Shown here piece after piece: positions 42,801 to 53,069 of a stretch of DNA of 64,000 nucleotides. How positions within the stretch are numbered: the first letter of the stretch is position 1; every line of letters begins with the position of its first letter. The stretch is taken from positions 2,592,001 through 2,656,000 of the forward strand of contig CAWCKY010000006.1 of assembly GCA_963796275.1 (NCBI GenBank). The letters run 5' to 3'. A program made the translations under genes and the position numbers. The DNA is from an uncultured Acidobacteriota bacterium. Lineage in GTDB: Bacteria; Acidobacteriota; Blastocatellia; RBC074. The notes under the pieces are model-generated. The model was not told the DNA's origin. It searched no databases and worked only from the letters and a program-made list of their open reading frames with translations.

Positions 42801-43529
42801 AGAAAGGTAGGGACTCATCAACCGGTGTGCAGGTGTACGGAAAAGATTCAGCGGCAGGCAATGTGCAGGCAGCAGCGCATTTTGTGCTCACTGCCACCGG
42901 ATCCTGATGGTTCTCCCGCGATTTTGGTGATGCGAATTTGCTCGCCCAGGACGCTCCTCAGACATCCCAGGATTCTGTCCGATCACTTGTCCCATACAAG
43001 AAAATTATCGCGCGATTTCGCCTTATCTGGCCGGAAGTCTTATACAAGAGACACTCGCGGATGATTGAACGGGAGTCAACCTGCTTAATCAAGTTGGCTT
43101 ACGGGTTAGGTGCTAGTGTTTAGCCGGCTTTATCAAGAGCGCATCAGTTATCACTTCCAGGTCGGTCCGCCAGCGGCACTTGTTCACCAATCCATTACCC
43201 TTATCCGTATATCCCACCATCCACTTGACGCCTTTGTAAGGATATTTTTCATCCATCGCGAAAGACGTATAAGCTGCACACCAGCAGATCGTAAGATCAT
43301 TTGTCCTGCTCACCCCCAGGTTTCTATCCTTGCGCATCGAGTGCTCGTCCGCCAGGCGATCCCTGCCGTTAGATTTATTGATGCTCACATGCTTTGCATC
43401 CGCCTCCTAGGTTTTGCTCACCTTTCCACTCATCTATCAGCTCACCCGTTTCGGATGGGTAGATCGCGAATTGCTCGCTCCATCTGGATCGGTTTTTGCA
43501 TCCGCTACGCAAAAATCTAAACAAATGGG

Positions 43530-43575
43530 TTGACCTTATGATATCTGTCTATATACTATCTGTGCATGACAGATA
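43530..43575 (+). promoter_or_regulatory. Sigma70-like promoter with TATCTGT-N5-ACAGATA operator spanning the PadR start codon
   Basis: TTGACC-16-TATACT; perfect palindrome at 43557-43575 whose spacer contains the ATG at 43566. Confidence 0.7.
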
Positions 43576-43919
43576 TAAACACCAGAGCGCTCGATCGTGA
43601 GCTGAAGCGGGGGGCCGCGGAGCTGCTCATCCTTTCACTGCTCGACGCGCGCCCCCGCCACGGCTATGAGCTGAGTAAACTGATCAACACGCGCTCCGGC
43701 GGCCAGATCACGTTTCACATAGATTCCCTCTATCCCTTGCTGTATCGCCTAGAGGAGCGTGGATGGATCAAGGGTGCCTGGGTCGAAAAGCCAGACGAGA
43801 GACGCCGCCGCTTCTACAAAGTCACGCCTGAGGGCCGGCGCGTGCTTGCTCAGCAACGCAAGACCTGGGCGGCATTCGTGGAGGCCGTGCGGCTCATCAC
43901 GGGAGACGAACATGCCTGA
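43566..43919 (+). CDS. PadR-family transcriptional regulator
   Basis: ELKRGAAELLILSLL..PRHGYEL..SLYPLLYRLEERGWI..RRRRFYKVTPEGR. Stop overlaps the ADOP start (ATGCCTGA). Confidence 0.92.
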   Translation: MTDINTRALDRELKRGAAELLILSLLDARPRHGYELSKLINTRSGGQITFHIDSLYPLLYRLEERGWIKGAWVEKPDERRRRFYKVTPEGRRVLAQQRKTWAAFVEAVRLITGDEHA

Positions 43920-46626
43920 CTGGACACAACACGTGCGCCCGCGTTTATCGGGCCTGCGCCTCTCGCCTGCTCGCGAGGCCGAGATCGTCGAAGAACTCTC
44001 GCAACATCTCGATGACCGCTATCGGGAGTTGATCGCGGGTGGTATGTCCCCTGACGAAGCCACGCGGTTAACGCTTGCCGATTTCAGGGACGGCAATCTC
44101 CTCGCGGAGTACCTGGCGCCTCTCCGGCAGGCGCACCAGCCTGTAGCGATCACACCGGGAGCTCCGGGCGGCCGATTGCTCAGCGATCTCTGGCAAGACT
44201 TGCGGTACGCCGCACGCACGCTCTGGAAGCGGCCCGGCTTCACAGCCGCTGCCGTTCTCACGCTCGCGATCGGCATCGGCTCGAATGCCGCCATCTTCAC
44301 GGTTATCAATGCGGTGCTGCTTCGGCCGCTGCCATTCCCGCAAAGCGAACAGCTCGTGAGGCTGTACACACGGTATCTGCCCTCTACCGGCTATAACTGT
44401 CAGTATTGCTCCCTGTCGCATCCGGAATTCGCCGATATCCGCGGCCGGGTCAATGCGTTCGCCGCCATCGCCGCCTACAGACCCGACAGCGCTAATCTGA
44501 GGCATGGCGATGGAGAAGCAGAGCGCGTTCTCACCATGCGCGTGACCTCGGAATTCTTCGATGTGCTCGGCGTCAGGCCAGTCCGCGGGCGATCCTTCAC
44601 CGAAGAGGAATCACAGCGCGGGGAAGCCTGCCTCGCTATTCTCAGTCACGACGCATTAGATGATGCAGCAAGCGCAGTCGGCTCGACGATCAGGCTCGAC
44701 GATGCGCTCTGCGAAGTGATTGGCGTAATGCCGGAGGGCTTCAGATTTCGCGACGACAGCGTGAAGGTGTGGACGGCGCTGCCTATCAACATCAACACGG
44801 AGGATCCACGGTTCGATCGAGGGAGTCATTGGCTGGCCGCCATCGCTCGGCTGCGCGATGGCGTGAGCGCCGAGCAGCTCGATGCACAGCTGCAGCTCCT
44901 GCGCGCCTACTGGTCGGAGGAGTATCCCGATCATTACGCGAAGGGACATTTTGCCGTCAGCCGGCCGCTGCATGAGGATATCGTCGGCAATCAGCGCGAC
45001 GCCTTGACCCTACTCGCCGGCGCCGTCCTCTTCGTGCTGCTGATCGTCAGCGTCAATCTGGCTGCGCTGCTGATTACGAATGGAGAAGCGCGGCGAAGAG
45101 AGTTTGCCGTGCGGCATGCGCTCGGAGCTAACCGCCGGCGCCTCATTCGGCAGATGATCGCCGAGGCGATGGTGCTTGCCGTCATCGGAGGCGCCATTGG
45201 CGTCATGCTCGCGAACGCGATGCTCGCAGGGCTTCTTGCGCTCTATCCACAGCGGTTGCCGGTCTCACAGGCCATCACTATCGACTACGCCGCGATGCTA
45301 TATACGTGTGCCTTGATTATCCTGGCTGGGTTCCTGGTCGGCTTTGTCCCCGCGCTGCATGCGACCGGAGCGCGGCTGCAGGAAATCCTGAGAACAGACT
45401 CCCGAACAGCGACATCGTCCCGCCGTTCTATCGCCGCCCGTTCCGCACTAGTGATCGGCCAGCTTGCATTGAGCGTGATCCTGCTAGTCGGCGCGCTTCT
45501 CCTGATTCGGTCCTATCAGCAGCTACAGCAAGTCGACCTGGGCATTGAACCGGATAACGTGCTGACATTCAGCGTGTTCATTCCAGCCGGTCGCGAGCGT
45601 GACCCCGCCGCTGCGCGGCGGAGATTGGCTGCGATCGAAGATCAGCTGGCTGCAACTCCCGGCGTCGAGGTCGCGGGCGCGATTTCAAACCTTCCGCTGG
45701 TGTGGGAAGGACCGCCTTCCAGCTTCGTTATTGAAGGCCGGCCCGAACCCCCACCGGGGGCGCCGGCGTGGAATGCGCGCTACCTGATGGCTACTCCACG
45801 AATGTTTCACGCCCTCGGCACTCCGTTGAAGCGGGGAAGACTTCTCGCCGAAGGCGATGTGGCCGGGCAACCATTCGTCGCAGTCATCAACGAAACCGCC
45901 GCGCGTCTCTTCTGGTCCGGCGACGATCCGATCGGAAAGACGATTCGCTATGACCCGCAAGAGACTAGGGCTTCCATTCAGATCGTCGGAATCGTGAGCG
46001 ACGTTCGCTCAATAGGGCCCGGCGAGCCGGCCCCGGCCGCCATTTACGTCCCGCTCGCCCAGGCCCCGCGTCCTCCATACGAGGGACGCGCGATGACATT
46101 TATCGTCCGCGCGACAGGGAATCCGACTGCTCTCACTGCATCGGCGCGCGCAGCGGTAGCATCCATCGATGCCGGACTGCCGCTGGCCGATGTCCGGCCG
46201 ATGTCCGAGATCGTGTCGGCAGCCTCCGGCCAGCCGCGGTTCGCCACTCTCGTGATGTCGCTCTTTGCCGCCATCGCGTTTTTCCTCGCCGCTCTCGGAC
46301 TCTATGGAATCCTCGCGTACAGTGTCGAGCAGAGAGTTCGCGAGATCGGCGTCCGCGTCGCTCTCGGCGCAGACAAACGCGAGATATTCCGGTTGATTAT
46401 CGGGAATGGCCTTCGCCTCGCACTGATGGGTATTGCCATCGGCGTTCCCTCAGCGCTGGCATTGACGCGGCTGATGGGTGGAATGCTGTCCGGTGTATCG
46501 AGCACCGATCCATTGACGTACATCGCTGTCATTGGGATTCTGGTGATCTCGGCCCTGATGGCGAGCTACTTGCCGGCTCGGCGCGCCGCACGTGTGGACC
46601 CGATCGTCGCGCTGCGCGCGGAATAG
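43912..46626 (+). CDS. ADOP-family duplicated permease (copy 1)
   Basis: MPDWTQHVRPRL..AREAEIVEELSQHLDD prefix; two MacB-PCD/FtsX halves; PARRAARVDPIVALRAE. Confidence 0.92.
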   Translation: MPDWTQHVRPRLSGLRLSPAREAEIVEELSQHLDDRYRELIAGGMSPDEATRLTLADFRDGNLLAEYLAPLRQAHQPVAITPGAPGGRLLSDLWQDLRYAARTLWKRPGFTAAAVLTLAIGIGSNAAIFTVINAVLLRPLPFPQSEQLVRLYTRYLPSTGYNCQYCSLSHPEFADIRGRVNAFAAIAAYRPDSANLRHGDGEAERVLTMRVTSEFFDVLGVRPVRGRSFTEEESQRGEACLAILSHDALDDAASAVGSTIRLDDALCEVIGVMPEGFRFRDDSVKVWTALPININTEDPRFDRGSHWLAAIARLRDGVSAEQLDAQLQLLRAYWSEEYPDHYAKGHFAVSRPLHEDIVGNQRDALTLLAGAVLFVLLIVSVNLAALLITNGEARRREFAVRHALGANRRRLIRQMIAEAMVLAVIGGAIGVMLANAMLAGLLALYPQRLPVSQAITIDYAAMLYTCALIILAGFLVGFVPALHATGARLQEILRTDSRTATSSRRSIAARSALVIGQLALSVILLVGALLLIRSYQQLQQVDLGIEPDNVLTFSVFIPAGRERDPAAARRRLAAIEDQLAATPGVEVAGAISNLPLVWEGPPSSFVIEGRPEPPPGAPAWNARYLMATPRMFHALGTPLKRGRLLAEGDVAGQPFVAVINETAARLFWSGDDPIGKTIRYDPQETRASIQIVGIVSDVRSIGPGEPAPAAIYVPLAQAPRPPYEGRAMTFIVRATGNPTALTASARAAVASIDAGLPLADVRPMSEIVSAASGQPRFATLVMSLFAAIAFFLAALGLYGILAYSVEQRVREIGVRVALGADKREIFRLIIGNGLRLALMGIAIGVPSALALTRLMGGMLSGVSSTDPLTYIAVIGILVISALMASYLPARRAARVDPIVALRAE

Positions 46627-46680
46627 CCGTTTTTTCGCCAGGATTGCACCAACCGATCAACATTACTTTGTGTCGGAAAC

Positions 46681-46802
46681 GAGAGACGCCGCCGCTTCTA
46701 AAAAGTCACGCCTGAGGGCCGGCGCGTGCTTGCTCAGCAGCGCAAGACTGGGCGGCATTCGTGGAAGCTGTGCGGCTCGTCATGGGAGAAGAACATGCCT
46801 GA
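46681..46802 (+). pseudogene. Duplicated 3' fragment of the upstream PadR gene
   Basis: Near-identical to 43797-43919, with TAC>TAA and a 1-bp deletion. Confidence 0.85.
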
Positions 46803-49491
46803 CTGGACACAACACGTGCGCCCGCGTTTATCGACCCTGCGCCTCTCGCCCGCTCGCGAAGCCGAGATCGTCGAAGAACTCTCACAACATCTCGATGACC
46901 GCTGGCGGGAGTTGATTGCGGGTGGTATGTCCCCTGATGAGGCCACGCGAGTGGCGCTCGCCGACTTCAGAGATGGGGATGTCCTGGCTCGGCACATGAC
47001 GCCGCTGCGGCAGGCGCATCCACAGTCACCGATCACACCGGGAGCCCACGGCAGCCATTTGTTCAGCGATCTCTGGCAAGACCTCCGCTACGCCGCTCGC
47101 ATCTTGTGGATGCGGCCTGGCTTCGCAATCGCGGTCGTTCTGACGCTCGCACTTGGCATCGGGTCGAATGCCGCCATCTTCTCGGTTATCAATGCGTTAC
47201 TGCTTCGGCCGCTGCCGTTCCCGCACAGCGAACAGCTTGTGAGCCTGCACACACGGTATCTGCCCGCTACCGGCTTTAACTATCAATATTTCTCCCTGTC
47301 GGGGGCGGAATTCGACGATGTCCGCAGCCGGGTCAAAGCGTTCGCCGGGGTCGCCGCCTACCAGTTCAGCAGCCGTAATCTGACGCGTGGTAATGGAGAC
47401 GGCGAGCGCATCCTCACCATGGGCGTGACCTCAGAATTCTTCGAGGTGCTCGGCGTCAGGCCAGTCCGCGGGCGTACCTTCACCGAAGAGGAAGCGCAGC
47501 GTGGGGAAGCATGCCTAGCTATTCTCAGTTACGGCGCATTAGAGGATGGCGCAAGCGCAATCGGCTCGACGATCAGGCTGGACGATGCGCTATGCGAAGT
47601 GATTGGCGTAATGCCGGAGGGCTTCTGGTTTCGTGACGACCGCGTGAAAGTGTGGAGGGCGATGCCTGTCAATACAGATGAAGGCATGCGAAATAGTCAT
47701 GCACTGCGCGCCATCGCTCGGCTGCGAGATGGCGTCAGCACTGAGCAAGTTGATGCGCAACTGCTATATCTGCGCGGGTACTGGTCGGAGGCGTACCCCG
47801 ATCAATACGCGAAGGGACATTTTGCCGTCTTCCGGCCGATGCACGAGGATATCATCGGCGATCAGCGCGACGCATTGGTTATTCTCGCCGGCGCCGTCCT
47901 CCTCGTGCTCCTGATTGTCTGCGTTAATCTGTCGGCGTTGCTGGTGTCGAATGGAGAAGCGCGGCGGCGAGAGTTTGCTGTGAGGCATGCGCTCGGAGCT
48001 AACCGCCGGCGCCTCATTCGGCAGATGGTCGCCGAGGTGATGCTGCTTGCCGTGATCGGAGGAATCATTGGCGTCATACTCGCGAACGCGATGCTCGCAG
48101 GGCTTCTTGCCCTTTATCCGCAGCGGCTGCCGGTCTCACAGGCCATCACGATCGACTACGGCGCGATGCTGTATACGTGCGCATTGGTCATCCTGGTCGG
48201 GTTTCTGGTCGGCTTTGTCCCCGCGCTGCACGCGACCGGAGAGCGGATGCAGGAAATCCTGAGAACGGATTCCCGCACGGCGACATCGTCCCGCCGCGCC
48301 GTCGCCGCCCGTTCCGCACTAGTGATCGGCCAGCTTGCATTGAGCGTGATCCTGCTGGTCGGCGCGCTTCTCCTGATTCGGTCCTATCAGCAGCTACGGC
48401 AAGTCGACCTGGGCATTGAACCGGATCATGTGCTGACATTTAGCCTGTCCATCCCAGGTGGTCGCGAGCTCGACTCCGCTGAAGCGCGGGGGAGATTGGC
48501 TGCGATCGAAGAGAAGCTCGCTGCAACTCCCGGCGTCCAGGTCGCGGGGGCGATTTCAAGCCTCCCGCTGGTGTGGGCAGGACCGTCTGACACCTTCGTT
48601 ATTGAAGGCCGACCCGCACCCCTGCCAGGGGCGCCGACGCGGGAGGCGCGCATCTTGAATGCTACGCCACGAATGTTTCGCGCCATCGGCATTCCGTTGA
48701 AGCGCGGAAGACTTCTCGCCGACAGTGACGTGGCCGGGCAGCCATTCGTCGCAGTCGTCAACGAAACCGCCGCGCGTCTCTTCTGGCCCGGCGACGATCC
48801 GATCGGAACGACGATTCGCTACGACCGTTCCATTCAGATCGTCGGAATCGTGGGCGATGTTCGATCAATAGGCCCCAGCGAGCCGGCCCCACCTACCGTT
48901 TACTTCCCGCTCGCCCAGGCGGGGGAGCCTCCGTACGAGGGCCGCGGCGCCTGGGCGATGACATTTGTCGTCCGCGCATCTGGGGATCCGACTGCTATCA
49001 CTGCCTCGGCGCGTGCCGCGGTGGCATCCATCGATGCTGGACTGCCGCTGGCGGACCTCCGGCCGATGTCCGAGGTCGTGTCGGCAGCCTCCGGCCAGCC
49101 GCGGTACACTACTATCGTGATGTCGTTCTTTGCCGCCATCGCGTTTCTCCTCGCCGCTCTCGGACTCTATGGAATTCTCGCCTACAGTGTCGAGCAACGA
49201 GTTCGTGAAATCGGCGTCCGCGTCACGCTCGGTGCAGACAAACGGGAGATATTCCGGTTGATTATTGGCCACGGTATGCGCCTCGCCTTGGTGGGTGTTG
49301 CCATCGGCGTTCCCTCAGCGCTCGCTTTGACGCGGCTGATGGGTGGAATGCTGTCCGGTGTGTCAAGCACCGATCCATTGACGTACATCGCTGTCGTTGG
49401 GATGCTGGTGCTCTCGGCTCTGCTGGCGAGCTACTTGCCGGCTCGGCGCGCCGCACGTGTGGACCCGATTGTCGCGCTGCGAGCGGAGTAG
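46795..49491 (+). CDS. ADOP-family duplicated permease (copy 2, tandem paralog)
   Basis: Colinear with and highly similar to 43912-46626. Confidence 0.92.
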   Translation: MPDWTQHVRPRLSTLRLSPAREAEIVEELSQHLDDRWRELIAGGMSPDEATRVALADFRDGDVLARHMTPLRQAHPQSPITPGAHGSHLFSDLWQDLRYAARILWMRPGFAIAVVLTLALGIGSNAAIFSVINALLLRPLPFPHSEQLVSLHTRYLPATGFNYQYFSLSGAEFDDVRSRVKAFAGVAAYQFSSRNLTRGNGDGERILTMGVTSEFFEVLGVRPVRGRTFTEEEAQRGEACLAILSYGALEDGASAIGSTIRLDDALCEVIGVMPEGFWFRDDRVKVWRAMPVNTDEGMRNSHALRAIARLRDGVSTEQVDAQLLYLRGYWSEAYPDQYAKGHFAVFRPMHEDIIGDQRDALVILAGAVLLVLLIVCVNLSALLVSNGEARRREFAVRHALGANRRRLIRQMVAEVMLLAVIGGIIGVILANAMLAGLLALYPQRLPVSQAITIDYGAMLYTCALVILVGFLVGFVPALHATGERMQEILRTDSRTATSSRRAVAARSALVIGQLALSVILLVGALLLIRSYQQLRQVDLGIEPDHVLTFSLSIPGGRELDSAEARGRLAAIEEKLAATPGVQVAGAISSLPLVWAGPSDTFVIEGRPAPLPGAPTREARILNATPRMFRAIGIPLKRGRLLADSDVAGQPFVAVVNETAARLFWPGDDPIGTTIRYDRSIQIVGIVGDVRSIGPSEPAPPTVYFPLAQAGEPPYEGRGAWAMTFVVRASGDPTAITASARAAVASIDAGLPLADLRPMSEVVSAASGQPRYTTIVMSFFAAIAFLLAALGLYGILAYSVEQRVREIGVRVTLGADKREIFRLIIGHGMRLALVGVAIGVPSALALTRLMGGMLSGVSSTDPLTYIAVVGMLVLSALLASYLPARRAARVDPIVALRAE

Positions 49492-49647
49492 CCGTCTTTT
49501 TGCCAAGAATGAACGATAACCTGATCGTCAAACTCGGATCTAATCACCATTCCTCTTTCCGCAGCGTTGAATGTTGCGATAGCAGTTAGACTATCGATTT
49601 GGTCCTGGGCATGGAAATGGCTAAGGCGGTCTAGAATTCATGTGTCC

Positions 49648-49699
49648 CTTATTGACAGCCTATAAGAGTGTGCCTATACTCTTATAGTTGATCTATAAA
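49648..49699 (+). promoter_or_regulatory. Sigma70 promoter with two CTTAT(A/T)G-N5-CTATAA(G/A) operators
   Basis: TTGACA (49652-49657)-17-TATACT (49675-49680); palindromes at 49648-49666 and 49681-49699. Confidence 0.8.
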
Positions 49700-49729
49700 G
49701 GAAAGAAATAAAGAAAGGGAAGCAGTCTC

Positions 49730-50068
49730 GTGGGAAAAGACAAGGCTGGCCTACTGCCGGGCACCCTCGATTTGTTAGTCCTCAAAACAGTGGAGACGAT
49801 GGGCCCGATCCACGGCTGGGGCATCGCCAAACGCATCGAGCAGGTCTCCCAGGATCTTTTGGAAATGAAATACGGGACCCTGTATCCCGCGCTCATGAAG
49901 CTGGAGCAGAACGGTTGGATCTCGTCGGAGTGGGGCGCCTCGGAGAACAATCGCCGGGCGCGCTTTTATTCCATCACCAAGCTGGGCCGGAAGCAGTTGG
50001 CGCTCGAAGCAGAGAATTGGGAGCAGATGGCTGCGTTCATCACTCGTGTACTCGGTGGTACCCGGTAG
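49730..50068 (+). CDS. PadR-family transcriptional regulator (Acidobacterial type)
   Basis: [49 protein letters not shown]. Confidence 0.92.
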   Translation: MGKDKAGLLPGTLDLLVLKTVETMGPIHGWGIAKRIEQVSQDLLEMKYGTLYPALMKLEQNGWISSEWGASENNRRARFYSITKLGRKQLALEAENWEQMAAFITRVLGGTR

Positions 50069-50079
50069 GGAGGTTCAAC

Positions 50080-52776
50080 ATGGCGCAGTTCCGTTCCCTG
50101 GCTTCGAGATTCTTCGCCCTGTTCCGGCGGCCTGAGTTGAGCCAGCGTATAGATGAAGAACTCCAGTTTCACCTCCAAATGCAGGCGGAAGAAAACATCC
50201 GGCGGGGCATGAATGTGCCGGACGCCCAGGCAGCGGCCCGTAGCAAGGTTGGCAACATAACGCATGTAACTGAGGAGGTGTATCGCATGAACACGCTCTC
50301 GTTCCTCGAAGAAATCGTACGCAATGTTCGGTTTTCCCTGCGCACGCTGCGTAAGAGCCCGGGCTTCACCGCTGCGGCGATTTTCACCCTGGCCATCGGG
50401 ATCGGCGCCAACACGGCAGTCTTCAGTATCGTGGAGGGGATTCTGCTGAAGCCCCTGCCATATTCGGAGGCGAGCCGGCTAATTTCGGTACAGCACACCG
50501 CGCCTGGAGCCCCAGGGTTGATGAGCGCCTCGGGCGACTTGCGGCTTTCCGCCTCCATGTTCTTTACCTACGCGGACAGCAACCGGAGTTTCGAAGCCAT
50601 TGGAGCGTGGACCACCGCGGCAGCCACGGTTACGGGCCAGGGCGAGCCGGAAGAAGTGCGCACCATAGTTGTGACGAAAGGCGTGCTGGAGGCGCTGGGC
50701 GTCAAGCCAGCGGCTGGGCGCTGGCTCGCGGAGGCGGATCAGTCGCCCGGCGCAGCCCGTGCAACGATGCTGTGCTATGGGTATTGGCAACGGCGGTTTG
50801 GCGGGGATCAGGCAGTAATCGGGAAGAGCCTGACCGTAGATGCGCAACCGGCCCAGATCGTGGGCGTGATGCCGGCCGGGTTCCGCGCTGTAGACACGGA
50901 GGCGGAACTGATACTGCCGTTTCGGTTCAATCGCACGCAACTGATTCTGCCCGGCTTTTTTCTTCGGAGCGTCGCGAGGCTAAAACCGGGTGTGACGCTG
51001 GAGGCAGCCAGCGCCGACATTGCGCGGATGGTTCCCGTATGGATGAGTTCGTGGCCCGCGCCCCCGGGAGTCGATCCGCGAAGCTGGGAACAATGGAGGA
51101 TCACGCCGGCCCTTCGGCCACTTCGACAAGACGTTGTCGGGCGTATTGAACAGGGTCTATGGCTGGTGATGGGGACCATGGGGATTGTCCTGCTGATTGC
51201 CTGCGCCAATGTCACGAACCTGCTGTTGGTGAGGGCCGAAGCGCGGCAGCGGGAATTGGCCCTGCGTGCGGCGCTGGGTGCTGGTTGGGGGCAGATTGTC
51301 CGCCAGCTGCTGGTGGAAAGCCTGGCGCTAGGGTTGTTGGGCGGGCTGCTGGGTGTGGCCATTGCCGCAGGGCTGCTGAAGGCAGTGGTGGCCATCGGTC
51401 CAGCGAGTTTGCCCAGGTTGAATGAGATATCCATGGATGGGCAGACGGCGGTTTTTGCGTTGGGGGTTTCGCTGACCGCGGGTTTCCTGTTGGGACTGAT
51501 CCCGGCCTGGCAATATGCGCGGCCGAAGCTTGGTCCGGCGCTGCGGGCAGGAGGCAGGTCGGCCACCGATAGCCGGCAGAAGCATCGGGCGCAGAATGTA
51601 CTGGTGGTGGCGCAGGTAGCACTGGCGCTGGTGCTGCTGGTTTGTTCGGGGTTGATGATTCGCACGTTTCAGGCGTTGAACCGTGTGCAGCCGGGCTTCA
51701 CCGAACCGGAACAGATTCAGACACTGCGGATCGCCATTCCACCGGCCTTGATTGCCGAGCCCGAACGAGTGGCGCTAACTCAGCAGCAGATCCAAGAGAA
51801 GCTGGCAGTGCTGCCGGGCGTATCGTTGGTAGGTTTTGCCAGCACGATACCGACAGATGGGCTGTCGCCGGATTGGGACGGCATAGAAGTGGAAGGCCGG
51901 CCTCAGCTGCCTGGGCAGTTCCCGCCGATGCGGCGTTTCAAGGACATCTCGCCTGGGTTCCTGGAAGCCATGGGCACGCGCCTGATCATTGGCCGCAGCT
52001 ACGAGTGGACCGATTTACTGGACCGGCGGCCCGTGATCCTGATCTCCGAGAATCTGGCGTGGGAGTATTGGGGAGATCCTGGCGCCGCACTCGGTAAGCG
52101 TATTGGGTACGCCGGGAAATTTCGCGAGGTGATCGGCGTCGTGCAGGACGTTTATGATAACGGCGTGCAAGATGTGGCCCCGGCGACCGTCTACTGGCCA
52201 ACGTTCGATGCGAACAAGTTTACGTCCGTTACCCGCAATGTAACCTTCGCGCTCCGAAGCGGGCGCACGGGGAGCGCAGGATTTCTACGCCAGGTGGAGC
52301 AGGCAGTGTGGTCCGTGAATGCCAATCTTTCGGTGGCAGACGTACAGTCCATGGCGGATCTGCACTCCCGGTCGATTGCGCGAACCTCATTCACACTGGT
52401 GATGCTGGCGATCGCGGGCGTAATGGCATTGTTGCTCGGCGTCGTCGGCATCTACGGCGTGATCGCGTACACGGTAGCGCAGCGGAGAAGAGAGATCGGT
52501 ATCCGTTTGGCGCTGGGCGCGGCGCCGTCGACGGTAACTCGCATGTTTCTTAGGCACGGAGTGATCCTTTGCGCCATCGGTTGTGTTTTGGGGCTTGGGG
52601 GAGCGGTGGCATTATCGAGTCTGATGAAGTCGCTGCTGTTCGGCGTGACGCCGCTGGATCCGATGACATACGCCGTCATGCCTGTCGTATTGTTGGTGGC
52701 GGCACTAACCGCGTGTTACCTCCCTGCGCACCGGGCCGCGGCCGTGGACCCGGTGGAGACTCTGCGCGGAGATTAA
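50080..52776 (+). CDS. ADOP-family duplicated permease
   Basis: RBS ggagg; prefix IDEELQFHLQM..NIRRGM; LAIGIGANTAVFS; LLIACANV.NLLL; [14 protein letters not shown]; PAHRAAAVDPVETLRGD. Confidence 0.92.
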   Translation: MAQFRSLASRFFALFRRPELSQRIDEELQFHLQMQAEENIRRGMNVPDAQAAARSKVGNITHVTEEVYRMNTLSFLEEIVRNVRFSLRTLRKSPGFTAAAIFTLAIGIGANTAVFSIVEGILLKPLPYSEASRLISVQHTAPGAPGLMSASGDLRLSASMFFTYADSNRSFEAIGAWTTAAATVTGQGEPEEVRTIVVTKGVLEALGVKPAAGRWLAEADQSPGAARATMLCYGYWQRRFGGDQAVIGKSLTVDAQPAQIVGVMPAGFRAVDTEAELILPFRFNRTQLILPGFFLRSVARLKPGVTLEAASADIARMVPVWMSSWPAPPGVDPRSWEQWRITPALRPLRQDVVGRIEQGLWLVMGTMGIVLLIACANVTNLLLVRAEARQRELALRAALGAGWGQIVRQLLVESLALGLLGGLLGVAIAAGLLKAVVAIGPASLPRLNEISMDGQTAVFALGVSLTAGFLLGLIPAWQYARPKLGPALRAGGRSATDSRQKHRAQNVLVVAQVALALVLLVCSGLMIRTFQALNRVQPGFTEPEQIQTLRIAIPPALIAEPERVALTQQQIQEKLAVLPGVSLVGFASTIPTDGLSPDWDGIEVEGRPQLPGQFPPMRRFKDISPGFLEAMGTRLIIGRSYEWTDLLDRRPVILISENLAWEYWGDPGAALGKRIGYAGKFREVIGVVQDVYDNGVQDVAPATVYWPTFDANKFTSVTRNVTFALRSGRTGSAGFLRQVEQAVWSVNANLSVADVQSMADLHSRSIARTSFTLVMLAIAGVMALLLGVVGIYGVIAYTVAQRRREIGIRLALGAAPSTVTRMFLRHGVILCAIGCVLGLGGAVALSSLMKSLLFGVTPLDPMTYAVMPVVLLVAALTACYLPAHRAAAVDPVETLRGD

Positions 52777-52982
52777 GGCTGAAGAGTTACCAACTTGGTT
52801 GCTGGTGGGTGAAGCGCTAGGCCACACGGCAAATTTGATTCGAGTTGTTAGCAGGCCCAACTCGACATCATTTCAGTCCGGCTGCCGAAATAATACTCAG
52901 GACTCAACGCTATCTGGAACCCCTCTCCGATAACTGATGTTGTTGATGAAGAAAAACCTGAGTTTGAATGCAATCTCACTCT

Positions 52983-53037
52983 AGACCTTGACATTCTAGG
53001 TCTCCATACATACCCTACACCTAGAATTTCTAAGTGT
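52983..53037 (+). promoter_or_regulatory. Sigma70-like promoter with two ACCTAG-N5-CTAGGT-type operators
   Basis: TTGACA (52988-52993)-17-TACCCT (53011-53016); agaccttg-acatt-ctaggtct and acacctag-aattt-ctaagtgt. Confidence 0.75.
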
Positions 53038-53069
53038 GACAATAAGCAACCCAGACTGGGAGGTGAAGT

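Noticed and set aside
43797-49515. Duplicated ADOP genes (and the DUF2541 repeats) as a DGR template/variable pair
   Set aside because: Differences are not adenine-restricted and include indels, both copies are coding, and no reverse transcriptase is present.
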